In this document: one piece after another, positions 27,676 to 36,857 of the stretch
Layout of the letters: each line of letters opens with the position of its first letter
Numbering within the stretch: position 1 is the stretch's first letter
Assembly (NCBI GenBank): GCA_036261265.1
Contig: DATALC010000059.1
Span: forward strand, 11,124 to 75,123
Origin: Bacteroidales bacterium
GTDB lineage: Bacteria; Bacteroidota; Bacteroidia; Bacteroidales; VadinHA17
Direction of reading: 5' to 3'
DNA length: 64,000 nt
Notes under the pieces: generated by a model
Database searches by the model: none
The model's input: the letters and a program-made list of their open reading frames with translations, nothing else
What the model was told of the DNA's origin: nothing
Program-made: the position numbers and the translations under genes

Positions 27676-27689
27676 AGTGCTGTAGCCAT

Positions 27690-28514
27690 TTATTTTGCCA
27701 CCTTCTTAATATAAATATCTCCTGTCATATTCTTAAACATCATCTCGGGTCCGCCGCCATTAATCTTGCCATAGATCCAGTCATCCTTCTTTATCTGGTA
27801 TAATCCCGGCTGGCTGACTTTTTCGGTTTTTGCAGGTGTTTTATCGATCTCTATATCGAAATCACTGTAAACATCTCCATGGTCAGATTTAATCTTTACC
27901 CTTGCTTTGAGATCAGCAGGGAATTCAACGTTCACATCTCCGTTCAGTGTGCTGAACGCCATAGGCGTCTCCGGTTTGATGCTTTTAAAGCTCACCCTTA
28001 CGTCGCCGTTGACAGTATTTGCAACAACTGAACCGGAGATGCCGGTTAATTTTATATCATCGTTTATGTTATTTACCTCGATATCGCCTGAGATATTTTC
28101 AATAGTAACAACTCCTTCATTTACTGTTCCTGCTTCGAGCCTGACATTCTGTGGGATCTTAAGCTCAAGGTTCACAACCTTCTCGAAATTGTTTGTATTC
28201 ACTGTGACGTTGTTATCGGCCTCCTTTGCAGTAAGCTCATATCCTCTGTCGGTCGATATCTTTTTCATACCTTGTGCTTCAGCAGGTCTTCTGCCGTCAT
28301 CATTATTATCCGCTTCTTCTGGTGTAACGCTTATCTGTATATCTTTCCCCTCATAACCTGTTATCTTAATCTGCCCGAGGAAGTTTTTTACTTTAAGAGA
28401 ATATTCCTGTCCCGGTTTACTGAGCGGAACTGTTAAAGTTTCGGTTTGCGGATTCTGTGCCAGAATCACAGACGCGGATAAAAGCGTCAGCAGTAATGTT
28501 ATGTATGTTTTCAT
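27690..28514 (-). CDS. DUF4097-type beta-helical putative adhesin (secreted)
   Basis: 274 aa with a signal peptide. It has repeated G(D/N)(I/V)xVxxxxxDIKL/ NGDVxV strands typical of DUF4097. Confidence 0.75.
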   Translation of the reverse strand: MKTYITLLLTLLSASVILAQNPQTETLTVPLSKPGQEYSLKVKNFLGQIKITGYEGKDIQISVTPEEADNNDDGRRPAEAQGMKKISTDRGYELTAKEADNNVTVNTNNFEKVVNLELKIPQNVRLEAGTVNEGVVTIENISGDIEVNNINDDIKLTGISGSVVANTVNGDVRVSFKSIKPETPMAFSTLNGDVNVEFPADLKARVKIKSDHGDVYSDFDIEIDKTPAKTEKVSQPGLYQIKKDDWIYGKINGGGPEMMFKNMTGDIYIKKVAK

Positions 28515-28525
28515 GGATATAAATA

Positions 28526-29386
28526 TTAAGATTGTTTTTTAATATAGACATTCCCGTTAAGGGTTTCAAAGCTGTATGTTTTTCCTCCTTTGCCGAATCT
28601 GACTGTAGTAGCTTTATTCAATTTATATACAGTATTCCCGCCTCTTTTCTCCTGCGTTTTTACTGCTGCAACAGGAAGAGATTCAGCATCAGGGAAATCA
28701 GTATAAAGGTTCCCGTTCATACTTTTGAACGTTACATCTGCAGACAGGTCAGGCCTGTAACTTATACGTATATCGCCGTTTATTGTATAGTAGGAGGATT
28801 GCTCAGGCGGATTTGTAACATATGTTACAATTACATCGCCATTAATAGTATGAGCATAAGTACTTCCATGCGCATTTGTAATTGATATGCTCTCGTTGAC
28901 ATTGTTCACGTGGAGATTGCCTGCAACATTTGAGATTTCTATATTGCCTTCGTTCACAGTTGATATCCTCAGGTTTATCCCGCTGGGAACCTTAATTGTG
29001 AAGTCGACATTGAACTCATAGTCGGGATTATAGCTGTTATTCTGATTCCTGTTTCGCCGGGGCCGGGAATCAAAGGGTTCAGCTATGTACGCTGTAATAC
29101 TGTCATCTGTCTGCTCAAAATCAAGCCTGAATTCTTTTTTACCTGTTTCAAGGTCAGCCGGATCATCAGCAGAGATTGTCTTATCCATTTCAATTACTAT
29201 GCTGTTTCCTGCAACCCCTTCTATATGAATAAATCCCGAAATATTATATACGCATAATGTAGTGTTGGTTGCATTCCCCCTGAGGGTGAATTCTTTCTTA
29301 AGATGTTCAGTAAAATCCCGGGAATAGATGCTCTGTTGAAAGAACAGCAATCCGAATCCTGTTATGAGGATTAAAAGTTTTTTCAT
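28526..29386 (-). CDS. DUF4097-type beta-helical putative adhesin (secreted)
   Basis: 286 aa with a signal peptide. NEGNIEISNVAGNLHVNNVNESISI...INGDVIV...INGDIRI repeats are present. Confidence 0.75.
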   Translation of the reverse strand: MKKLLILITGFGLLFFQQSIYSRDFTEHLKKEFTLRGNATNTTLCVYNISGFIHIEGVAGNSIVIEMDKTISADDPADLETGKKEFRLDFEQTDDSITAYIAEPFDSRPRRNRNQNNSYNPDYEFNVDFTIKVPSGINLRISTVNEGNIEISNVAGNLHVNNVNESISITNAHGSTYAHTINGDVIVTYVTNPPEQSSYYTINGDIRISYRPDLSADVTFKSMNGNLYTDFPDAESLPVAAVKTQEKRGGNTVYKLNKATTVRFGKGGKTYSFETLNGNVYIKKQS

Positions 29387-29397
29387 TTTCGTTTTTC

Positions 29398-30237
29398 TTA
29401 AATCAGTTTTTGAATACTAAGTTCAATGTTTGTCTTTACAGACTGATTGATATCTTTCCTGCTGAGAAGCCTCTTGAGAGGTTCAACGGAACGTTTTTCA
29501 TTCAGCCTTACCATTACATCGGCAATTGCAGACTGGACAACCGGGGATTCCTGGTTTTCAATGCTTCGAACGAGTCCTTCCCTTACGGAAGATTCATCAG
29601 CCAGTTGTGCAAGCGCCTCAAGAGTAGCGAGTCGCACGTTAACGTTTGGATCATTATTCAGAGTAAGGAGGAGAGCTTCTATAACCTGTTTATCAACACT
29701 GCTGAGCTCTTCGGTATATGAAACTGCCTGAAGTCTCATTGTAGCAGATTGATCCTGCAGAAGTGACAGCATCATCATCTGTTTGAGCTCCGAGACCTGT
29801 GATGAAAGGGAATCTATCTGCCTGTTATATGACAATGAATGATTACCGGAAGGCCTGAGAAAATATCCCAGCAGAAAGCCCCCCATGAGAATAAGTACTG
29901 TAAATGCAAGCCTGGGAACAAGAGGAGATGATACTGAAGCAGCTATTTTCTCAAGCAGACGAGCAAAATTGTTCCTTTTCACCTTCTGTTGCTTTCTTCC
30001 GATGTTGTTTAAGGCTGAGTTGAAGCGTTCTGCCATTTCGATTGAAGGCTCTTCCTGATGTACTTCTCCCAGAAGGTCCCACATCTTCAGCGCCTTGTCG
30101 AGCTCCATCCTGCATTCAGCGCATTCTTCAATGTGCTCGCTGAGCATATCTTCCTGCTGCGCATTTAGTTCGCCACAAAGTTTTAGCGTTATCAATTCCC
30201 TGTAATCCCTGCATTCCATAGCATTATCATTTTTCAA
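29398..30237 (-). CDS. anti-sigma factor (zf-HC2) with one TM segment and a C-terminal HEAT-repeat domain
   Basis: The Hx3Cx2C motif is HIEECAEC, the TM segment is LAFTVLILMGGFLLGYFL, and HEAT-like repeats include NDPNVNVRLATLEALAQL. It overlaps the sigma gene by 11 nt. Confidence 0.8.
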   Translation of the reverse strand: MKNDNAMECRDYRELITLKLCGELNAQQEDMLSEHIEECAECRMELDKALKMWDLLGEVHQEEPSIEMAERFNSALNNIGRKQQKVKRNNFARLLEKIAASVSSPLVPRLAFTVLILMGGFLLGYFLRPSGNHSLSYNRQIDSLSSQVSELKQMMMLSLLQDQSATMRLQAVSYTEELSSVDKQVIEALLLTLNNDPNVNVRLATLEALAQLADESSVREGLVRSIENQESPVVQSAIADVMVRLNEKRSVEPLKRLLSRKDINQSVKTNIELSIQKLI

Positions 30238-30778
30238 TGTTCAGAAAATTTGTCTTTAATTGCCCAATAGCCCTGTGCACCCTCACCTTCACTGCCCCTT
30301 CCGTAGTATTCAGGATTGCTGCTATGTCTGAATACTTAAGCTCCTGGAACCTGCACATAACAATCAGCTCACGGTTTTCTACGCTCAGCATTTCAATTGC
30401 TCTTTCAAGGTTCTCGAGCTCGTCTTTTTTCTCGAGTGAAATGTCAGGCGCCGGCTCTGTCTGAAGTTTCCACTCAAGGTTCTCAGGATCTTCCAGGATG
30501 GGAGACCTTTTTTCTTTTCTGAAATGATCGTAAAGAACATTCCTTGCTACATGGTACATCCATGTTCTGAATTCTCCAAACCCCCTGAAACCGTCAGGAT
30601 ACTTCAGCATTCTCAGGAACACATTCTGAACCATATCCTCGCTGAGCTCTTTTTTCCTTGTCATGTTGAACATGAACCTGAAAAGCTGCCGGTTATGTCT
30701 TTCAAACAGGATTCCCATTTTAGCGACATCGCCTTCTTTCACTTTTTGCATCAATGCATTATCTGAAAAAGCATCCAA
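30227..30778 (-). CDS. ECF-type RNA polymerase sigma-70 factor
   Basis: 183 aa. Region 2 is DMVQNVFLRMLKY...WMYHVARN and region 4 HTH is LKYSDIAAILNTTEGAVKVRVHRA. The start is TTG at 30778, and the next in-frame ATG is at 30751. Confidence 0.9.
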   Translation of the reverse strand: MDAFSDNALMQKVKEGDVAKMGILFERHNRQLFRFMFNMTRKKELSEDMVQNVFLRMLKYPDGFRGFGEFRTWMYHVARNVLYDHFRKEKRSPILEDPENLEWKLQTEPAPDISLEKKDELENLERAIEMLSVENRELIVMCRFQELKYSDIAAILNTTEGAVKVRVHRAIGQLKTNFLNIEK

Positions 30779-30832
30779 ACCTTCCGGAGTTTATTTTAAT
30801 GTTTTTTACTGGAAACTTGTATAAAGGTAAAA

Positions 30833-30928
30833 GGTTACAATGAATCATTCATTTTTTTCTCGGTCATACATCCTCTAAGAAAAAAAATTGTCTTTTACGT
30901 GTAACCATTTAGTAAAGCTTCTGTAACC
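30833..30928. promoter_or_regulatory. three TGTAACC motifs (ECF -35-like) in the divergent sigma/DUF5916 intergenic region
   Basis: TGTAACCTTTT lies on the minus strand (30829-30839) facing the sigma gene. TGTAACC at 30900-30906 and TGTAACCTTTTTT at 30922-30934 lie on the plus strand facing the DUF5916 gene. TGTAAC is the -35 hexamer of several ECF sigma regulons such as B. subtilis SigX. Confidence 0.3.
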
Positions 30929-30989
30929 TTTTTTGAAAACCGGAGTTTACAGAATCCGGAAATAGGAAGTACAATTAATTTACCATGAA

Positions 30990-33614
30990 ATGAATGTGAA
31001 AAAAGCCCTTCTCATCCTGTTGATTAATTTAACTGCATCTGTATGCTTTTCACAGGAAAAAAGAACTTATCAGACAGGTTTTACAAACAATCCTCCATCA
31101 ATAGACGGACTGATGAACGATCCCTGCTGGGACATAGTTGAATGGAGCGGCGACTTTATACAGACGCATCCTGAAGAGAATAAAGCGCCGACTCAACAGA
31201 CAGCTTTCAAGCTCCTGTACGATTATGCAAATATTTACATATTCATAAGAGCGTATGACAGTGAACCCGGTAAAATCAGCAGTATAATGTCGAGGAGGGA
31301 CAGCTTCGACGGCGACCTGGTGTTTGTTGATATTGACAGCTATTTTGATAAGCAGACTGCGTTTTCATTTGCAGCCATGGCTTCAGGAGCAAAGGGTGAC
31401 ATTGCGATCACGCAGAACGGGGATAGTGAAGATGACAGCTGGAATCCCGTATGGTATCTTAAGACATCAATTGATGACAAGGGATGGTGTGCGGAAATGA
31501 AAATACCTGTCAGTCAGCTTCGGTTCGGGAACAGCGAGGATCTTACCTGGGGTTTGCAGGTCTCAAGGGTTCTTTACAGGAACCAGGAGAGATCGCTCTG
31601 GCAGTTCATTCCAAAAGGATCGCCCGGAGTCGTACACCTGTATGGTGAGATACATGGTATTAAAAACCTTAACTCCCACAGGCAAGTTGAATTAATGCCT
31701 TATGCAGTTGCACGCGCAGAACGATTTGAGAAGATCGATGGTGATCCTTTCAATACTGGAAAACTTCAGAAATTCTCCGCCGGTCTCGACGGTAAGATAG
31801 GAATCAGCAATGATTTCACACTCGATTTTACAGTGAACCCTGATTTCGGCCAGGTAGAAGCTGACCCTTCCGAGGTTAATCTCACGGCATTTGAAACATA
31901 TTTCTCAGAACGGCGGCCGTTTTTCATTGAGGGCAGGAACATTTTTGAGTTCCAGCCAAACCAGACAATAGTAATTCATAACATGTATTCCGATAACCTG
32001 TTTTATTCAAGGAGGATCGGACGTTATCCACATAATTCACCAACTCTCGCTGAAAATGAGTATGCAAGGATTCCTGAGGCTACAACAATAATGGGCGCTG
32101 TAAAACTTTCAGGAAAAACAAAGAACGGACTTTCCATAGGTATACTCGAGAGTCTTGCAGCAAAAGAGAATGCAGTTATTGATAACGAAGGCCTTAGAAG
32201 AAAGGAAACAGTCGAACCATTAACGAATTATCTTGTTGGAAGAGTTCAGAAGGATTTTAATAAGGGTGAAACTGTTTTAGGCGGGATGATAACTGCTGTG
32301 AACAGGGATATCAATACTCCCCTTCTAAATTATTTGCATAAATCAGCTTATGTTGGCGGTATTGATTTCCAGCACAAATGGAATGAGAGAACATGGTATG
32401 TTGCAGGAAATGCAGAGTTCAGTAATGTCAATGGAGACAGGGAAGCAATAACCGATACGCAGACATCATCTGCAAGATATTTTCAGCGACCCGATGCCGG
32501 ACATCTGTCAGTTGATTCGTCACTTACCAAACTTTCAGGGTACGGGGCTACTGTCAAGCTTGGAAAATCAAGCAAGAAGAGGCTTCAGTTTGAAACAAGT
32601 ATTACATTAAGATCCCCGGGACTTGAATTCAATGATATAGGATACATGAGGTATTCCGATATTATTCATCAGGGAGTATGGGTTGCTTACTACCTGAGGA
32701 ATCCTTTTTCAATTTTCAATAACTTCTATCTGAACACAAATCACTGGGCGTACTGGAATTTTGACGGACAATTTCTTTCATCCAATATCAATATAAACTT
32801 CAACTCGCAGTTTAAGAATCGTTGGCGTCTTAATGGCCAGTTTAACAGGCAGAGTGAGAACAGGTCGGTATCGCTGCTTCGCGGCGGACCTTCATTTTTG
32901 ATGCCCGGGAATAACAACTTCAATCTCAATCTTCACACAGACCAGTCGAAGAAAATATCAGGAGGGATCGGCACTTTCCAGGGTAAAGGCGACGCCGGGA
33001 GCTCGGTTGATCATTCGTATTGGACATATATTACTGTACGGCCCTCAAATTCCATCTCACTATCAGTAGAACCCGAATATGATGATTCTGACAGAGAGCT
33101 TCAATATATAAACACGATATCGTCGGGTAACACACAGGAATACTTGTTCGGAAGTCTGCGTCAGAAGACACTTAGCGCTACTCTCAGGTTCAATTATACT
33201 ATAAATCCCGAGCTTAGCATCGAATATTATTGTCAGCCGTTTGTTTCAGCAGGGAAATATGGAAGCTTTAAAAAAATAGTTCAGCCTGATGCAGGGAAAT
33301 TCAGGGACCGTTTTCACTCATTCACTCCGGGAGAGATCAGCTATGATGAGACTACGAATGTCTTTAATGTAACTAACGATTCAGGCAGTTATTCTTTTGA
33401 TAATCCGGATTTTAATTTCAGGCAGTTCCGCAGTAATCTTGTTGTAAGATGGGAATATCGCCCGGGCTCGGTACTATACCTTGTATGGTCACAGGGCAGA
33501 ACAAGTTCTGGCACAAACGGATCTTTCAGGTATGGAGACGAAATGAAAAATCTTTTTGATGAAACTCCACATGATGTATTTCTTCTGAAGTTTTCATACT
33601 GGTTCTCGTTATGA
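30990..33614 (+). CDS. CBM9-like + DUF5916 domain protein (paralog 2)
   Basis: 874 aa with a signal peptide. It is collinear with 21834-24518 (NPPSIDGLMNDPCWD; NPDFGQVEADPSEVNLTAFETYFSERRPFFIEG; FYSRRIGR; the C-terminal ...FLLKFSYWFSL versus ...FLVKFSYRFGLK). Confidence 0.8.
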   Translation: MNVKKALLILLINLTASVCFSQEKRTYQTGFTNNPPSIDGLMNDPCWDIVEWSGDFIQTHPEENKAPTQQTAFKLLYDYANIYIFIRAYDSEPGKISSIMSRRDSFDGDLVFVDIDSYFDKQTAFSFAAMASGAKGDIAITQNGDSEDDSWNPVWYLKTSIDDKGWCAEMKIPVSQLRFGNSEDLTWGLQVSRVLYRNQERSLWQFIPKGSPGVVHLYGEIHGIKNLNSHRQVELMPYAVARAERFEKIDGDPFNTGKLQKFSAGLDGKIGISNDFTLDFTVNPDFGQVEADPSEVNLTAFETYFSERRPFFIEGRNIFEFQPNQTIVIHNMYSDNLFYSRRIGRYPHNSPTLAENEYARIPEATTIMGAVKLSGKTKNGLSIGILESLAAKENAVIDNEGLRRKETVEPLTNYLVGRVQKDFNKGETVLGGMITAVNRDINTPLLNYLHKSAYVGGIDFQHKWNERTWYVAGNAEFSNVNGDREAITDTQTSSARYFQRPDAGHLSVDSSLTKLSGYGATVKLGKSSKKRLQFETSITLRSPGLEFNDIGYMRYSDIIHQGVWVAYYLRNPFSIFNNFYLNTNHWAYWNFDGQFLSSNININFNSQFKNRWRLNGQFNRQSENRSVSLLRGGPSFLMPGNNNFNLNLHTDQSKKISGGIGTFQGKGDAGSSVDHSYWTYITVRPSNSISLSVEPEYDDSDRELQYINTISSGNTQEYLFGSLRQKTLSATLRFNYTINPELSIEYYCQPFVSAGKYGSFKKIVQPDAGKFRDRFHSFTPGEISYDETTNVFNVTNDSGSYSFDNPDFNFRQFRSNLVVRWEYRPGSVLYLVWSQGRTSSGTNGSFRYGDEMKNLFDETPHDVFLLKFSYWFSL

Positions 33615-33683
33615 TAAATATAACAGATATGACTTGTTCCTGTTTTTTAATATCTTCGGGAAATTTCAAACAGGAGATACAGT

Positions 33684-35072
33684 TTGGCAGCTTTCGTAAA
33701 AACAGACTCTGAACGCATAACCCGGATAACTATATTAGGTATTGTTATTTTATTAACAATAATCCAGGTTGGCGCCGTCTGGATATCTTCCAGGTTTCCT
33801 GATCATATAATTTATATATCTGCAAGTGAGTTAATCGTTTCCCTTTTCTTAGTATTCTGCATTGTTCAACTTTTCAGAAGGAACCGGCGAACCATGGAAC
33901 AAAAGCTCACAAATCAGACGATAGAGCTACAGGAACTAAACAGGGTGCTGAGTGTTGAGATGTCTGAGAGGCTACAGGCTGAAATTGCATCTGAAAACGA
34001 GAAAAAAAGACTAAATGATGTTCTCGAAATGTTGCCTGCATATATTATCCTGTTATCACCCGATTATCATGTTCCGTATGCAAACAGGTTTTTCAGGCAG
34101 AGGTTTGGAGATTCAGGTGGAAAAAGGTGTTACGAGTATCTTTTTAACAGAACCGAGCCATGCGAAATATGTGATACTTACAGGACATTAAAGGAGAACA
34201 GACAGATTACCTGGGAATGGGTTGGCCCTGACAGGCATGTTTATTCAATATTCGATTATCCATTTAAGGATTCAGATGGCTCACCGATGATAATGGAAGT
34301 GGGTATAGATATTACAGATCTTAAGGAAGCTCAGAATAACCTGCTTTCATTGAATAAGGAGCTTGAAACAAGAGTAGAAGACCTGATAAGGTCAAACAAT
34401 GAGCTTGAACAGTTTGCCCGCGTTGCATCGCATGATTTGCAGGAGCCTCTTAGAATGGTGGCAAGCTATACCCAGCTTCTCGGGATGAAATATAAGGATA
34501 AGCTCGACAGCGATGCAAATGATTACATAAGCTTTGCAGTTGAAGGAGCCATCCGTATGCAGGAACTTATAAATGATCTTCTTGATTTCTCGAAAATTGG
34601 TTCCAATACAGGAAATTTCAGGCAGGTTGATCTTAATAATGCTTTTAAAACAGCGTTGAACAATCTTCGTCTTATTATATCTGAAAAAGGCGCTTCTGTT
34701 TCCGGCGATAACCTTCCTGTGGTTTTTGCCGATGAAAGCCAGGTAGTGCAGTTATTTCAGAACCTGATCGCAAATGCCTTGAAATTCTGTGATGTTACCC
34801 CTGTAATACATGTTTCATCTGAATATGCTGATGGCTTTTTCAGGATATCGGTTAAAGACAATGGTATCGGCATAGAAAGTCAGTATTACGAAAAGATATT
34901 CAGGATATTCCAGCGGCTAATGCCAAGGGAAAAATACGAGGGCACCGGAATTGGACTTGCTATCTGCAGGAAAATTGTTGAGAGGCACGGCGGCAAAATC
35001 CGGGTTGAATCCGAACCCGGAAAAGGATCAGAATTTGTGTTCACCCTGCCGGTTTCATCCGGTCAGGTCTGA
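33684..35072 (+). CDS. sensor histidine kinase (2 TM, PAS-like, HisKA, HATPase_c); no adjacent response regulator
   Basis: The H-box is [14 protein letters not shown]. The N/G boxes are [15 protein letters not shown] and [18 protein letters not shown]. The start is TTG. Confidence 0.85.
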   Translation: MAAFVKTDSERITRITILGIVILLTIIQVGAVWISSRFPDHIIYISASELIVSLFLVFCIVQLFRRNRRTMEQKLTNQTIELQELNRVLSVEMSERLQAEIASENEKKRLNDVLEMLPAYIILLSPDYHVPYANRFFRQRFGDSGGKRCYEYLFNRTEPCEICDTYRTLKENRQITWEWVGPDRHVYSIFDYPFKDSDGSPMIMEVGIDITDLKEAQNNLLSLNKELETRVEDLIRSNNELEQFARVASHDLQEPLRMVASYTQLLGMKYKDKLDSDANDYISFAVEGAIRMQELINDLLDFSKIGSNTGNFRQVDLNNAFKTALNNLRLIISEKGASVSGDNLPVVFADESQVVQLFQNLIANALKFCDVTPVIHVSSEYADGFFRISVKDNGIGIESQYYEKIFRIFQRLMPREKYEGTGIGLAICRKIVERHGGKIRVESEPGKGSEFVFTLPVSSGQV

Positions 35073-35177
35073 TAAAGTAGTTTTCTTATTCAAGCTCTGA
35101 TAACTACTGAATTCAATTTCAGCATAGGTTAACTCTTTTCTTAACGGTCATATCAATGTAACTCAAAATTTACCTAT

Positions 35178-35870
35178 ATGTTATTGAAAAATTCAGTATC
35201 CAGACGCCATTTCAGATCGTTTTTGATTATAGTCATGGCAACAACAGCATCAATTGTTATTACGGCATCAGCCTCTGGCCAGGAATTGCATGCCGATAAC
35301 AGAATGCCTGTATATCCGGGCGGCATTAAGGCTCTAAATGATTTTGTAAATAAAAACCTTAATTATCCGTCAATAGCTCTTGAAACCGGTATTTCAGGAA
35401 TAGTGCAGGTTAATTATCTGATTGACAAAGAAGGAAAAGTAAGGAATATCAGGATCATGCAGGGATTAAGCTCTGAGTGTGATGCTGAAGCCAGGCGAAT
35501 AACAGGACTGCTTCATGGCTGGGAACCGGGAATACGTAACGGCAAACCGGTTGAGATCACTGTCAGTATGCCTGTTGAATTCAAATCAGATAAAGAATAT
35601 AAACCTGGCTTTGTCAGTGGGATTATAACTGAAAAAGCAACGGGAAAGCCAATTGAAGGAGCTTTCGTAATTATTAAGGACACAAACATTGGTTCGGTGA
35701 CAAATGAAAGCGGATCATACAGGATCGATCTACCTGAGAACAGCAAGAATCTTCTTGTTTTTTCTATCGGATATTCATCAAAGGAGATATCAATAGGTAA
35801 TCATTCTTCTATAAATGTGGATCTGGATCCCGAGAATTATGTGATCGATTTCGATAATCCCGGGAAATGA
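35178..35870 (+). CDS. TonB C-terminal domain protein fused to a CarboxypepD_reg-like domain
   Basis: The TonB_C pattern is YPGGIKALNDFVNKNLNYP...GISGIVQVNYLIDKEGKV...NGKPV. The region GIITEKATGKPIEGAFVIIKDTNIGSVTNESGSYRI follows. Confidence 0.75.
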   Translation: MLLKNSVSRRHFRSFLIIVMATTASIVITASASGQELHADNRMPVYPGGIKALNDFVNKNLNYPSIALETGISGIVQVNYLIDKEGKVRNIRIMQGLSSECDAEARRITGLLHGWEPGIRNGKPVEITVSMPVEFKSDKEYKPGFVSGIITEKATGKPIEGAFVIIKDTNIGSVTNESGSYRIDLPENSKNLLVFSIGYSSKEISIGNHSSINVDLDPENYVIDFDNPGK

Positions 35871-36196
35871 AGGTGTTATTTTTCCCAGGTTAAAAACAAA
35901 TGTTTTTTGTTTACCTTTTTAATGGGATCGTTAAAATATGATATATAACATATTTTTTTTCGACAATGTAATAAAAAAAACTGTTTCATGAAAGTCACCA
36001 TTCGCTGAACAGAAGCGAGGATCAGTTTTCAATTGTCTAGCCATTCAGATCAATTTCAGTTGTTTTTTACATTGTCTTTACACTCATGTCAGCTTTGAGG
36101 TGTACGCCCGAATTTGTCGTATTCGCGACATATTCAGGTAGTTTGAGCATAAAAATCACGGGAAAACACTGGATTTTAACTGTATTGATATTTTGT

Positions 36197-36204
36197 TATA
36201 TTTG
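36197..36204 (+). promoter_or_regulatory. candidate -7 promoter box (TAnnTTTG) for the fimbrial-like operon
   Basis: TATATTTG lies 110 nt upstream of the ATG at 36314, inside a 443-bp non-coding leader. This is a pattern match only. Confidence 0.2.
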
Positions 36205-36313
36205 TCCGGTACATCTATTATGAATCATGGAGATACAGGCGGGTTTTGTTTATATATCGAACAACATAAACAACAAGTATAATTTTACCAAACCCCTTTT
36301 ATTTATCAAAACA

Positions 36314-36829
36314 ATGAAAAACATTACAAAAATTCTCTCGATTGTGATCCTGGTATTTGCGTTTAGTGCAAATGTACTGGCACAGGCTACGGCAATTGCA
36401 TCTGCCACTATTGTCACCCCTATAACAATAGTGCATGTAAGTGATTTAAGCTTCGGAAACGTTGTTCCTAGTGCAACTACTGCAGGTACTGTTGATGTTG
36501 CTCCTGATGGAACTCCAAGCTATACTGATGTTACAGCCACAGCGTTGCCTGCTGCGACCGCTACGATTACTGCTGCTTCATTCAATGTATCGGGTACTCC
36601 TGCAGCGACCTATGATATTACATTACCTGTTGCGGATGTAACATTAACCGGACCTGCCGGGACAATGATTGCTAATACATTTGTTAGTGATCCTTCAGGA
36701 ACAGGCACTTTGGATGGAACTACCGGCACTCAGACTCTTAATGTGGGTGCTACTCTTCATGTAGGAGTTGCTCAGGCTGCAGGAACGTATACTTCAGCAC
36801 CGTTTACTGTGACAGTTAACTATAATTAG
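36314..36829 (+). CDS. DUF4402 / spore-coat-U-like (SCPU-like) fimbrial subunit candidate 1
   Basis: The signal peptide is MKNITKILSIVILVFAFSANVLAQ. It then reads ATIVTPITIVHVSDLSFGNV...ASFNVSGTPAATYDITLP...GATLHVGVAQAAGTYTSAPFTVTVNYN. The listed start 36227 is likely an over-extension. Confidence 0.75.
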   Translation: MKNITKILSIVILVFAFSANVLAQATAIASATIVTPITIVHVSDLSFGNVVPSATTAGTVDVAPDGTPSYTDVTATALPAATATITAASFNVSGTPAATYDITLPVADVTLTGPAGTMIANTFVSDPSGTGTLDGTTGTQTLNVGATLHVGVAQAAGTYTSAPFTVTVNYN

Positions 36830-36857
36830 ACTGGTTCAACGAATTAGTAATTATTTC

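Noticed and set aside
36227-36313. Upstream extensions of listed ORFs (36227, 37282, 21786, 57342, 59513 and 5807 starts)
   Set aside because: In each case an internal ATG immediately precedes a textbook signal peptide or conserved N-terminus. The extension either overlaps the preceding gene or encodes non-conserved sequence. The shorter models were used.
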